Both the position numbers and the translations under genes were made by a program. Shown here piece by piece: positions 12,699 to 24,938 of a stretch of 64,000 bases of DNA. Source of the DNA: Azolla caroliniana (Eukaryota; Plantae; Polypodiophyta); contig JBHGNT010000013.1 of the NCBI GenBank assembly GCA_043228905.1, positions 8,494,001-8,558,000 of the forward strand, in the 5' to 3' direction. Position 1 is the stretch's first letter; every line of letters begins with the position of its first letter. The notes beneath the pieces are model-generated. The model was not told where the DNA came from, did not search any database, and worked only from the letters and a program-made list of their open reading frames with translations.

Positions 12699-15346
12699 TG
12701 ACAGGAATATGCGGAATAATCTTCGGCCACAACTGAGACTTAGATCACTTAATGATAATCAAACACAGAAACAAATGGGAAATGGAAGTACACAACACAA
12801 GAGAATGCACAGGATGTTAACGTGGAAAACCCTAAATGGGAAAAACCATAGGAGTTCACAAACTCCAACTATCACTATGTCGAGAGGAATACAACAGGTA
12901 AACACGGACGGAGGCAGCGACCTCGTGCTCAAAATCTTCGCTTGGCGGCGGTTACAACAGAGACTCACTCTGTTTCTCTCTGTTTCTCTCTCTCTCTACT
13001 ACGCTTTGTAGAACAATTACACCAATAACTCTATACAAAATAATGACAACTCAATAATACACTCTGCTATCTTTGCCCTAGGTCATATTTATACTAATAT
13101 GACATTAGGACTATTTACAGATATGGCCCCAATGGGCTCTCAGAAACATATTTCCATATATGTCCCTTCATCCGGTGAGAGCTTCTCACTGGGCCTGCAT
13201 CATCCGGTTCTCACCGGGTCTTCCTTGCCGGGTACTCAACATCCCATCCGGAGGGACCGAAGTCCTAACAAACTCCCCCTTCACTCCAACATGGGATGCC
13301 TCGTTAGTCCGATCCGCTTCCGGCATGCGTCCAGCTTGTCGGGCGTCAGCACCTTGGTCAACATATCTAACCCATTCTCCTTCATGTGGATCTTAGTCAA
13401 CACGAACTCTTGATCTTCCACTCGTTCCCAGATCCAGTGGTACCTCTACTGGATGTGCTTCGTCCTGGAATGATACGCCGCGTTCTTCGCAAGGTGGATG
13501 GCAATTTGACTGTCGCAATAGAGCCGGTATTCCTTTTGCCGGATCACTAGCTCTTCGATGAAGTCCTTCATCCATAGTATTTCCTTGCTGGCTTCCACGG
13601 TTGCCATGTACTCCGCCCGCCTCCGTGGTTGACAACGCAACCGTCTTCTGCAACCTCGACTGCCATGAAACGGCTCCCCCTGCATATGTCATGACATATC
13701 TGGATGTTGACCGACTGGTATCCGCATCAGCCGACATATCCGAATCGGTGAGACCGTCAAGTTGGGGTTTACCAGAGACGAATCAGAGCCACATAGTTGA
13801 GGTGCCATTTAAGTACCGGAGTATCCATTTTACCGCATTTTAGTGCTCCTTGCCGGAATTGCTCATAAACCGGCTCACCACTCCGACTGCGTATCCGATA
13901 TCCGGTCGGGTACACACCATTGCATACATTAAGCTTTCGACGACAGAGGCATATGGTATCTTCATCATATCTGCCTTCTCTGCCTTCGTCTTCGGACTTT
14001 GCTTACCGGATAACCTATAGTTTTCCGGGAGTGTCGATCCGACCGGTTTCGCGTCTGACATGTTGAACCGTTGAAGCACCTTTGTCACGTATTTCTCTTG
14101 TGACAGCCACAATTACTTCTTTGACTAGTCCTGGATGATATGCATCCCAAGTATCTGTCTTGCCGGACCCAAGTCTTTCATTGAGAAGGTCTGGTCTAGA
14201 GCCTTCTTCAACATCTGTATCTTGACTTGGTCTTGTCCGACGATCAACATGTCATCCACGTATAGGAGGAGTATCAAGAAGTTTCCTCCTTCGAACTTCT
14301 TCACAAATACGCAGTGATTGGCCTGCGTCTTGTGGTACCCTTGATCAGTCATGAAGGAGTCGAACCTTCGGTACCATTGCCGTGGAGCTATTTCAAACCG
14401 TAGAGGCTCTTCTTCAACCGGCGAACTAGGTGCTCCTTCCCTTTCTTCACAAATCCCTCCGGTTACTGCATGTAGATCTCCTCTTCGAGGTCGTCGTGAA
14501 GGAACGTTGTCTTCACGTCTAACTGCTCTACCTCAAGGTCCATGCTTGCCGCTATGCTCAGCATCGTTTGGATGGAAGTCATCTTTACTACCGGGGCAAA
14601 TATCTCGTCGAAGTTCACGACCTTCTTCTGATGGAACCCCTTCACCACGATCCTAGCTTTGTATCTTGGGGGGTTGTTGGCATCTCTCGGTTTCAGCTTG
14701 TACACCCACTTGTTTCGGAGTGCCCTCTTTCCTTTCGGCAACTCCACCAATTCATACGTGTGGTTCTCATGCAGGGAATCCATCTCGTCCTACATGGCAC
14801 TCAACCACTTGCGGCTATGGGTGTCATCCTTCGCTTCTTCGAAGCTTTCCGACTCCCCCTCATCAGTCAAAAACACATGCTCTAGATCCGGAAATCTTTG
14901 TGGGGCCCTTCTCTCTCTCAGAGGATATCTCCGTCTTTGACTTTTGGCAACCGGCTCCTCTATTTGTTCTTCATCCGAATCCGATTCGGGGTCTTGGCCG
15001 GTTCCGGTTTTAGCTTCCTCTCCTTCTTCTTCTGCTGGTTCGGTATCCTCACTGTAACCGGCCGGTTCTTCAAGTGTTAACAGGCTCTTAGCGGGGTAGG
15101 TCCGAATCTCATCGAACTAATCCTTACCGGTCGACTCGGAGTTCATTATCTTCTTCTCCGACTCCCAGTCGGCAAGAGTCTTGTCCTCCATGAAGATAAT
15201 ATCTCGACTCCGGAAAACCTTCTCATCGACCGGATCCCGGATCCCACACTCGGTAGCCGAACTCATCATCGCCGTATCCGAGGAATATGCAAGGCCGGGT
15301 CTTTGGATCCAACTTTGCTCGCCAGTCCTTTGCAACATGCACATAA
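12699..15346 (-). mobile_element. Truncated, degenerate family A-like copia: 3' LTR 12699-13270, RNase H, RT, end of integrase
   Basis: PPT next to the LTR, YVDDML, SWQSRLQKTVALS, RYKARIVVKGF, with frameshifts. Confidence 0.9.
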
Positions 15347-16013
15347 ACGAGATATACTAAGCCCTAACTCTTTGGACGAGTTCACACTAGGATACAAATT
15401 GGAAGGAGTCGGCCTTTTATGCCAACAAACTCCCCCGTAAAAGAACTAGTCTTCCTACATGTACAAGTGTTTGGGGTTATCTCCCCCATAAACCTAGATT
15501 AAAAAATTAATCTAAATTTATATTTACAAGTCAGTCGGCATGTGGCTGAGTTGGGAGAGATGTGTTGAATGTCTAGCCTGGTTTGGCTACTCAATCAGAT
15601 TGACTTGTCTGAGTCAATCGGTTCGACTTACCTTTTGCTCCTCGTTCGACCTTCTTCCATTGGGTCCCTTGTTGCAATCCCATTTTTGTCCTTAGGGCTC
15701 CAAAGCGTTGATCTGAGAGTGGCGTCATCAGGCAATCAACGATGTTTACCTCAGTGTCGATCTTCCGAACTTTGAGCTTCTTCTCAGTTATGATCGCCCA
15801 AGTGTGATGATACCGCACCTCAATATGCTTTGTCTTTGTGTGATAAACAAGATTGTGGATGAGGTGTATTGCGCTCTATGAGTCGCAATAGATGGTTGGG
15901 GCTAGTCGGTCGATTCTGCTTGTAGATGAGAAGTCAGCAGATAGTCGGTATAGCCAGATCGCTTCCTTCGTTGCCTCCCATGCTGCTATATACTCAGCCT
16001 CTGTTGTCGACAG
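15347..16013 (-). mobile_element. Fragment of another copia family: RNase H end, PPT and start of 3' LTR (from 15427 leftwards)
   Basis: STTEAEY, RKIDTEVNIVDCLMTPL, and GGGGGAGTT|TGTTGG on the minus strand. Confidence 0.7.
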
Positions 16014-17579
16014 TGTGCGGAATAGCGCTCAGCCACAACCGAAACTCAAACACTTTATGAAAGAACAAAACAGAAATGGAGGTTTGTACACTTACATAGA
16101 AGAGACGACACAAGATGTTTACGTGGAAAGCCCTAATAGGGAAAAACCACGGGAGCCCATAGACTCCAACTATCACTATACAAGAAAGGAGGTAAACCAG
16201 GAAACTCAGAGGAAACGACCTCGAGCTTTGTATTTTTGCAAACCGACGGCTTCACTTCTCTCTCTCTCTGTACTACTATGATACAACTAAGAACAACAAC
16301 AACACTCACTCTACAAAGTGATTGCCCTAAGTCATATTTACAAATATAGCATTTACAGGCACACCAGAAACATATTTGCAGAGATGTCCCTGGATCCGGT
16401 TCACACCGGATCCATCCAGATATCTTCTGGTCCAGTTTGGTTGCTTCATCCGGTTCGGTTCCTTCCTTCGGCTCGTCCGAATCTCATCCGGAGGGACCGA
16501 ATTCCCAACAAACTCCTCCTTCACTCCGGCATGGGATTTCTCGTTAGTCTGATCCATCTCCGGCACATGTCCAGTTTGTCGGCTGACAACAACTTGGTCA
16601 GCATATCTGACCCGTTCTCCTCGGTGTGGATCTTCATGAGCGTGAAGTCTTGGTTTTCTACCTTCTCTCGGAGCTAGTGATATCTTCTCTAGATGTGCTT
16701 GGTCTGAGAATGGTAGGCCGCGTTCTTAGCGAGGTGGATGGCACTTTGGCTGTCGCAGTAGAGTCGATATTCTTCTTGTCGAATCCCTAGCTCTCCGATG
16801 AAGTCCTTCATCCAGATTACTTCCTTGCCAGCTTCCACAACTGCCATGTACTCTGTTTCCGTTGGTGGCAGTGCAATGGACTTCTGCAGCCTCGATTGCC
16901 ACGATACAGCTCCCCTTGCATATGTGATGACATATCTGTAAGTGAACCGGCTTGTATCCGCATTAGCCAACATATCCGGATCCGTATAGCCTTCCAGTTG
17001 AGGTTTACCTGAGCCGAATTGGAGGCACATTGTCGAAGTGCCTTCCAAGTACCAGAGTATCCACTTGACCGTGTTCCAGTGTTCTCTTCCCGGATTGCTC
17101 ATGAATCGGCTGCCTACTCCTACAACATACGCAATATCCGACCGGGTGCAAACCATTGCATACATCAAGCTTCCGATGGGAGAGGCATATGGTATCTTCA
17201 TCATATTTGACTTCTCTACCTTCGTCCTTGGGATCTGTTTTCTGGAGATCTTGCAGTTCACCGGCAGTGTTGACCCAAATAGCTTTGCGTCTGCCATGTT
17301 GAACCTCTGAAGCACCTTTGTCACGTACTTCTCCTATGACAGCCACAACAGCTTCTTCGATTGGTCCCAGATGATGTGCATCCCTAAAATCCATCTTGCT
17401 AGACCCAAATCTTTCATTGAAAAGGTCCAGTCCAGGGCCTTCGTATTTGAATCTTGATTTGGTCTCGTCCGATGATCAACATGTCGTCCACGTACAGAAG
17501 GAGTATTTGGAAGTCTCCTCCATCGAAGTTCTTCACAAATACGCACTGATCGGCTTGCGTCTTGTGGTACCGTTAGTCG

Positions 17580-20500
17580 TGTTGGGATTTCGGTCCCTCC
17601 GGATGGGATGTCCGGAGATGAATGACGGCAAGCCCGGTTGCGGTTACGGAACCGGATGATGAAGAGTACCCGGCATGAAGCCGGATGAAGAGTACCCGGA
17701 TACGGATCCGGATGATGAAGACCCCGGTTACGGAGCCGGATGACGAATGTACCCGGAGAGAGATCCGGATGCGGGGACATATTTGTGAATATGTTTGCCA
17801 AGGGCCCTTGAGGCTATATTTGTAAATAGCCCGAAAGTCATATGTGTATAAGTATGACTTAGGGCAAACAGTTTTATGTTGTTGTTGCTCATTTTTCTGT
17901 TTTCCACTGAGAGGAAGCGAAGTGAGAGCAGCCGAGAGAGAGTGAGAGAGAAAGAGGAAGGAAGAGGTCGACGCCTCTGTGTAATACCGCCGCCTGTGGC
18001 GAGGACAACGAGCTCAAGGTCGTCGCCTGTGGCGAGGACAGCGAGCTCAAGGTCGTCGCCTTGCAGCTCGCCATTGTACATTCCCCGCGTATAGTGATAA
18101 TTGGAGTCTTGCACTCCCGTGGTTTTTCCCATTTAGGGTTTTCCACGTAAAACATCCAGTGTACCCTTCTCTTTATTGTTTTCGTGCATTCTTGTATTTC
18201 CCGTTTTCTGTGAGTAGATCCTATTCCTCGGTTGTGGCCGAGCGCTGTCTTCAACAAAGTGGTATCAGAGCGAGGTTAACACAGAAAATGGAAGGCGGCG
18301 GTAGTGGGCCTTCGGGCATGATGGTGTTGAACTCACAGAACTACGCCGACTGGAAGATAAAGATGGAAGACCTTCTCATCGTCCGAGACCTGTACGAACC
18401 GATCGACAATGCCGAGATACCCAAGGGGGTAATAGAGTCGGAGTGGAAGCTCCTGAACCGGAAAGCCGTAGCGACGATCCGGCAATATGTCGATGTAAGT
18501 GTTCTGCAACATGTCGCGAACGATACGAACGCCTATGAGATGTGGCGGAAGCTGTCGGGCCTCTACGAGAGGAAGAATGCGTTGAACCGGACCTCCCTGA
18601 TGAGGAAGATAGTGAACCTCAAGTACCAGGACGGCGAGAGTATGGTGGAACACGTAAGCACGTTCATGGGATTCGTGAACCAGCTTGCGGCGATCAAGTT
18701 CCCGTTGGAGGATGCAATGCAAGCCATCATCCTGATGTGTACATTGCCGGAAAGCTGGGAGAACTTGGTGGTGACTCTCAGCACCTCCTGCACCGAAGAA
18801 AACTTGTCCCTACAAACGGTAAAGACAAGTATTTTGAACGAAGAAGCGCGTCGGAGAGATAAAGAACCGGCCTCCGATCCGAAGATGCTGCTTACCGAAT
18901 CGGATCGGGGAAGACAACGGAACCGGAGTCCGCAAAGACGGGAGAAGTCGGGGACCCGGTCGCAGTCAAGAGGAAGGCCCACATGCTTCCACTGTGGGAA
19001 GCCGGGGCACTTCCGGAAGAATTGTCGGCATTACCGAAAAGACAACGGAGCCGACGACACCGATTCGAAGAAGTCACCGGAGCGAAACGGCGCATACCGG
19101 GGAGCCACGGACCGGAGAGGTCCGGATCGGCGAGGGCAGGACCGGAAAGGAACGACGGCACTCGCGGCAAGTGAAGAAGAGATAATGCTCATTACCGAAG
19201 AGAGGGAGCTGAACCTTGCCGGTGAAGAGATGACCTGGGTGGTCGATTCCGGAGCGTCGTTCCACCTGACCCCGGAGAAGAAATACTTCTCATCCTACAC
19301 AGCCGGTGAGCACGGCTGTGTCCGGATGGGAAATGAAGGTACATGCCGGATTGCCGGCATAGGAGACGTGTGGCTGACGACATCAACCGGATGCAAGATG
19401 CTGCTGAAGGACGTCCGACACGTTCCGGAGGTTCGATTGAACCTGATTTCGGCCGGGAGGCTAGACGATGAAGGCTACACGGGTAGCATCCGGAACGGTG
19501 TCATGAAGTTCAGCAAAGGGAGCCTGATAGTGGCTCGGGCTCGGAAGGTCAACACACTGTACCTGATGAATTCCCGGCTATGTCCTGAGGAGCTGAACGT
19601 GGCAGCTGACACTGCCGGTGAGCTATGGCACAAGAGACTGTGCCACATGAGCGAGAAGGGGATGAAGAGGCTTGCCGAAGACAACCTGATACCGGTAAAG
19701 CATTTACACTTGGGGAAGTGTACCGACTGTCTGGCCGATAAGCAAAACCGGACCTCCTTCCACTCAAGGCCACCGACGAGACGTAGCGCACCATTGGAGT
19801 TGGTGCACACTGACGTGTGTCAAGTAGAAACGAAGTCACATGGCGGAGCCCAGTACTTCGTGACATTCATTGATGACCACAGCCGGAAGCTGTGGACGGC
19901 ACCGTTGAAGACAAAGGACCAAGTGTTGTGCGTCTTCAAAGAACTCCACGCGAGAGTGGAAAGAGAATCCGGCAAGAAGCTGAAAGCGATACGAGCGGAT
20001 AACGGAGGGGAATACCGGGGGCAGTTCGAGGAGTACTGTCGCTCGAAGGGAATCCGGCTCGAGTTTACTGTGCCGAAGACGCCGGAACTGAACGGGCTGG
20101 CCGAGAGGATGAACCGGACCATAATGGAGAGGGTCCGGAGTATGCTGGCGCATGCGAAATTACCCAAGGGGTTTTGGGCTGAGGCAATGTCGACGGCGAC
20201 GTATGTGATAAATAGATCACCCTCAGTACCTTTGGACGGAGACACGCCGCAGAAAGTGTGGACCGGTAAGGAAGTGTCCTATCGGCATCTGAAGGTGTTC
20301 GGATGTCTCGCGTATGTGCATGTGGCAAAGGACCGGAGAGGAAAGCTAGATCCAAAGACCCGGCCATGCATATTCCTCGGTTACGGCGACGACGAGTTCG
20401 GCTACCGAGTATGGGACCCGGTCGACAAGAAGATGTTCAGGAGTCGAGATATCATCTTCATGGAGGACAAGACGCTCGCCGACTGGGAGTCGGAGAAGAA

Positions 20501-23015
20501 GATGAAGAGCTCCAAGTCGACCGGTGAGAATCAACTCTACGAGGAGCAGTCCCGACCGGCAAGGGACCGGTTAGCACTCGAGGATCCGGCCGAAGACGGT
20601 GAAGAAACAGAACCGGCCGAGGAAGATGAAACTGATACCGGAACCGGCCCCGATCCCGAAATGGATTCGGATGAAGAGGAAACGGAGGAGCCGGTTACCG
20701 AAGCTCCGGAACGGAGATATCCTCTAAGAGAGAGAAGGGCCCCCCGGAGATTTCCGGAACCAGAGCACGTGCTGCTAACCGACGAGGGGGAGCCGGAGAG
20801 TTTTGAAGAAGCAAAGCTTGACACCCATAGCCGCAGGTGGTTAAGTGCCATGCAGGAGGAGATGGATTCCCTGCATGAGAACCACACATATGAACTTGTG
20901 GAGTTGCCGAAAGGAAAGCGGGCACTTCGAAACAAGTGGGTGTTCAAGCTGAAACCGGGAGATGCCGAAAACCCCCCGAGATACAAAGCCAGGATCGTGG
21001 TGAAGGGGTTCCAGCAGAAGAAGGGCGTCGACTTCGACGAGATATTTGCCCCGGTAGTGAAGATGACCTCCATCCGGACGGTGCTGAGCATAGCGGCAAG
21101 TATGGACCTCGAGGTAGAACAGATGGACGTGAAGACGGCATTCCTTCACGGTGACCTCGAAGAAGAGATCTACATGTAGCAACTGGAAGGATTCGAGAAG
21201 AAAAGGAAGGAGCACCTGGTATGCCGGTTGAAGAAGAGCCTTTACGGACTGAAGCAGGCTCCCCGGCAATGGTACCGGAAGTTCGACTCCTTCATGACCG
21301 ACGAAGGGTACCACAAAACGCAGTCTGATCACTGCGTGTTTGTGAAGAAGTTCGAAGGAGGAGACTCTCTAATACTCCTCCTGTACGTGGACGACATGTT
21401 GATCGTCGGACGGGACCAGGTCAAGATACGGATGCTGAAGAAAGCGCTTCACCGAACCTTCTCAATGAAGGACCTGGGTCCGGCGAGGCAAATACTAGGG
21501 ATGCACATCATCCGGGACCGGAAGAAGAAGCAGTTGTGGCTGTCACAGGAGAAGTACGTGACAAAGGTGCTTCACCGGTTCAACATGTCGGAAGCAAGAC
21601 CGGTCGGGTCAACCCTACCGACAAACTGCAAGTTGTCCAGCAAGCAAAGCCCCAAGACAAAGGCTGAGAAGGAGGACATGATGAAAGTACCATATGCCTC
21701 TGCCGTCGGAAGCTTGATGTACGCAATGGTGTGTACAAGACCGGACATAGGATATGCAGTTGGAGTGGTGAGCCGGTACATGAGCAATCCCGGCAAAGAG
21801 CACTGGAACGCGGTCAAGTGGATACTCCGATACCTGAAGGGCACGGCAAACGTGTGCCTCCGATTCGGCTCCGGTAAGCCCGAACTCGACGGCTTTACCG
21901 ATTCGGATATGTCGGCTGATGCAGATACCAGCCGGTCCACATCAGGGTATGTGATGACGTATGTAGGTGGAGCTGTTTCGTGGCAGTCGAGAGTGCAGAA
22001 GACAGTTGCGTTGTCAACCACGGAGGCGGAGTACATGGCGGCTGTTGAAGCCGGCAAGGAAATAATATGGATGAAGGACTTCATTAGAGAGCTCGGTATC
22101 CGGCAAGAGGAGTACCAACTCTACTGTGACAGTCAGAGTGCCATCCACCTTGCGAAGAACGCGGCCTATCACTCTCGGACGAAGCACATCCAGCGAAGAT
22201 ATCACTGGATCCGGGAAAGGATAGAAGACCAGGAGTTCGTGCTGACGAAGATCCACACGGAAGAGAACGGGTCAGATATGCTGACCAATGTACTCACACC
22301 CGACAAGCTGGGAGCGTGCCGGAAGAGAGTCGGGTTGGAGAGACATCCCATGCCGAAGTGAAGGGGGAGTTTGTTGGGATTTCGGTCCCTCCGGATGGGA
22401 TGTCCGGAGATGAATGACGGCAAGCCCGGTTGCGGTTACGGAACCGGATGATGAAGAGTACCCGGCATGAAGCCGGATGAAGAGTACCCGGATACGGATC
22501 CGGATGATGAAGACCCCAGTTACGGAGCCGGATGACGAATGTACCCGGAGAGAGATCCGGATGCGGGGACATATTTGTGAATATGTTTGCCAAGGGCCCT
22601 TGAGGCTATATTTGTAAATAGCCCGAAAGTCATATGTGTATAAGTATGACTTAGGGCAAACAGTTTTATGTTGTTGTTGCTCATTTTTCTGTTTTCCACT
22701 GAGAGGAAGCGAAGTGAGAGCAGCCGAGAGAGAGTGAGAGAGAAAGAGGAAGGAAGAGGTCGACGCCTCTGTGTAATACCGCCGCCTGTGGCGAGGACAG
22801 CGAGCTCAAGGTCGTCGCCTTGCAGCTCGCCATTGTACATTCCCCGCGTATAGTGATAATTGGAGTCTTGCACTCCCGTGGTTTTTCCCATTTAGGGTTT
22901 TCCACGTAAAACATCCAGTGTACCCTTCTCTTTATTGTTTTCGTGCATTCTTGTATTTCCCGTTTTCTGTGAGTAGATCCTATTCCTCGGTTGTGGCCGA
23001 GCGCTGTCTTCAACA
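17580..23015 (+). mobile_element. Complete Ty1/copia family A (Tork/Tnt1-like) element A1
   Basis: LTRs 17580-18256 and 22372-23015, AGTCG TSD, PBS TGGTATCAGAGC at 18260, PPT overlapping the pol stop. Confidence 0.97.
18288..22361 (+). pseudogene. Copia gag-PR-INT-RT-RH polyprotein with one premature stop (21177-21179)
   Basis: CFHCGKPGHFRKNC, VVDSGAS, RADNGGEY, YVDDML. Sister copies have CAG where this one has TAG. Confidence 0.95.
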
Positions 23016-24938
23016 AGTCGGTCATTAAGGAGTCGAACTTTGGGTACCATTGCCGGGGAGCTTGCTTCAATCCGTACAAGCTCTACTTAAGCTGGCACAG
23101 TAGGTGCTCCTTCCCTTTCTTCTCAAATCCTTCCGGTTGCTGCATGTAGATTTCTTCTTCGAGTTCACCATGAAGGAACGTCGTCTTGACGTCCAGCTAC
23201 TTAACCTCTAGGTGCATGCTTGCAGCTATGCTCAAATATCGTTTGGATGGATGTCATCTTTACAACTGGGGTGAAGATCTCATCGAAATCCACACCTTTC
23301 TTCTATTGAAACCCCTTCACCGTGATCCAGGCTTTGTACCTTAGTGGATTTCTAGCATCTCCCAGTTTCAGCTTGTACACCCACTTATTTTGGAGTGCCC
23401 TCTTTCTGTCATGATATGGCAAAACCCGAACCCATGACCTTATGTTATATGGGTCGAGCTCTTGACCATTACACTATCTATTGTAATACATAGGATATTA
23501 TTTTCATTTAAGTTTTACTCTAGAAAATTAATGTATATTCCAGATTTCTCTGGAACATTCTAGAAGCTTCAGGACTACTCTTGAGAACACTATAAAAGGA
23601 GGCACGAGGAATTATTTCGAACCAAATTGGTTCACCGCTAGTTTGACTATAAATTAAATCGGGAAGTGCAGACCACCTTCTACTTGTTTCTGGTTGTACC
23701 TCTGCAGCCGAATCTTTTTCTAGTGTCTTCGTAACCGAACGTGTACTAGGACGTTTACAACTGACTGGTGTATCTGGATCAGACGACATCCATTCGACTT
23801 GTTCTCTGCTAATTGCAGATGTAACCGGGCATGCCAAAATTATATTGTGTTCTTCAGTCGAAAACAAATATTGTCGACATAGTATAAGTCGAACGTTGCT
23901 CACCGAACGTTCTACCAATGAATTGTGGTTAGATGAATAGATACTAAAATGGCTATAAACTTATTGATGTTAAACAGACATCGAGATCATTATTTATGTA
24001 ATAAATGTAAAAAGTAGCGTGCGGAAGCAAGTATAAAGACAGAACAGAAGGGAGAACACTCAGGTTTAATGGAGAGCTTGAGCTTACGCGGGAGAGACCG
24101 AGAGAGTTGGAGAGAAGACACCAAGGGGAGAATATATTATGAAAAGACAAAAAACTATACATATATGTGTTCAATGAACACTTTGTACAAGCCCTAGAAG
24201 GACTGACTGGAGTACTGACAGTACTTCAATGCTCATTAAGAGCTCCTACACTAACTCCCAAATATATTCCTCACGGAATATCTTTCCTAACGGCCTAACC
24301 GATCGGTCCCAGCCGATCCGTTCCTCGGCTTCTTCAGTCGATCCGGCCGATGTTGAGCTTGTCTTTCAACACTCCCCCTCAAGCTCAACTTGAGGCTCTT
24401 CGGGATCTTTGTTACCCGTACCCGGACAGTCAGTTTTACCGAACAAGTGGGAAAGCGTCGAAAACGGAGTCGGTTCGGATCGACTGTTCGGATCGACTGT
24501 TCGGATCAATGACTCAACAGTAAACGAAGAGAACTAAGTTAGTTAGATAATTTTGTAATTCTTGATAGTAAGTAGGAATAGTTCTTGATGAGAAAAGACC
24601 TTCGGTATACCTATAAAAGGGAACCGAAGGCATTGTAAGAAAGGTCGTTTTATTTAGTAATATAAGTTTAAGTTAGGAATATCCTGTACGGATTCGGTGT
24701 TCTTTCTATTGTCTATGTTGTTAAGTGCAAGCTTCCTAATTTATAACTAAGTAACGATCACGGTAATTACCGATTAATATAGTATAATTCCGTTCGTAAA
24801 ACACAATTCCTTGTTAGGACGTTGAGTAGCGACGTTCACTCTTCTATATCGGTAGTAGTTAGTAATTAGCCGATTAACATAGAAGAATTTTGGCACGCCC
24901 GGTTACATCTGCAATTAAGCAGAGAACAAATCGAATGG

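Larger units (their letters stand above)
16014..23406 (-). mobile_element. Degenerate family A-like copia (3' LTR ~16014-16510, RNase H/RT), host of the 17580-23015 insertion
   Basis: RT resumes at 23016 after the TSD (YGLKQAPRQW). It is cut at 23407 by the chromovirus LTR. Confidence 0.85.

Noticed and set aside
18159-18287. N-terminal extension of the A1 ORF in the ORF track
   Set aside because: It runs through the LTR and PBS from a non-ATG start. The conserved start in all copies is MEGGGSG.
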